The position numbers and the translations under genes were made by a program. From the human T2T-CHM13v2.0 reference genome, Homo sapiens: 64,000 nucleotides of DNA. Of the stretch, positions 26,567 to 64,000 are shown piece after piece; within the stretch, counting starts at the first letter, position 1, and each line of letters begins with the position of its first letter. The notes beneath the pieces were generated by a model that had not been told where the DNA came from, searched no databases, and saw nothing but the letters and a program-made list of their open reading frames with translations. Where the stretch lies: the NCBI RefSeq assembly GCF_009914755.1, contig NC_060935.1. One strand, given 5' to 3'.

Positions 26567-64000
<37,434 letters not shown>

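Overview
Human genomic DNA that I recognise as the 11q25 THYN1-ACAD8-GLB1L3 locus. It holds the 5' part of THYN1 (minus strand, coding exons 1-3, continuing past position 1) head-to-head with the complete 11-exon ACAD8 gene (isobutyryl-CoA dehydrogenase, 415 aa, 3446-14805) across a CpG-island bidirectional promoter. GLB1L3 (GH35 beta-galactosidase-like) follows on the plus strand; coding exons 1-17 and the start of exon 18 lie in 26567-64000. Exon boundaries were read from the sequence and are frame-consistent. Introns and the intergenic region are filled with Alu, L1, MIR, L2, LTR and DNA-transposon relics plus several perfect minisatellites; most long ORFs in the supplied track are artefacts of these. 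I find no prokaryote-type system such as CRISPR and cannot claim a new biological system. The best leads are splicing or RNA-level: a 26-bp x3 repeat carrying three perfect TACTAAC branch-point/QKI motifs in front of an in-frame cryptic acceptor in GLB1L3 intron 2; a ~144-bp hairpin-containing segment present both in a THYN1 intron and beside the bidirectional promoter; a candidate alternative last exon in ACAD8 intron 10; and a 28-bp x6 VNTR creating an in-frame cryptic acceptor before ACAD8 exon 6. Repeat family names come from recall of consensus sequences, not from a search, and repeat boundaries are approximate.
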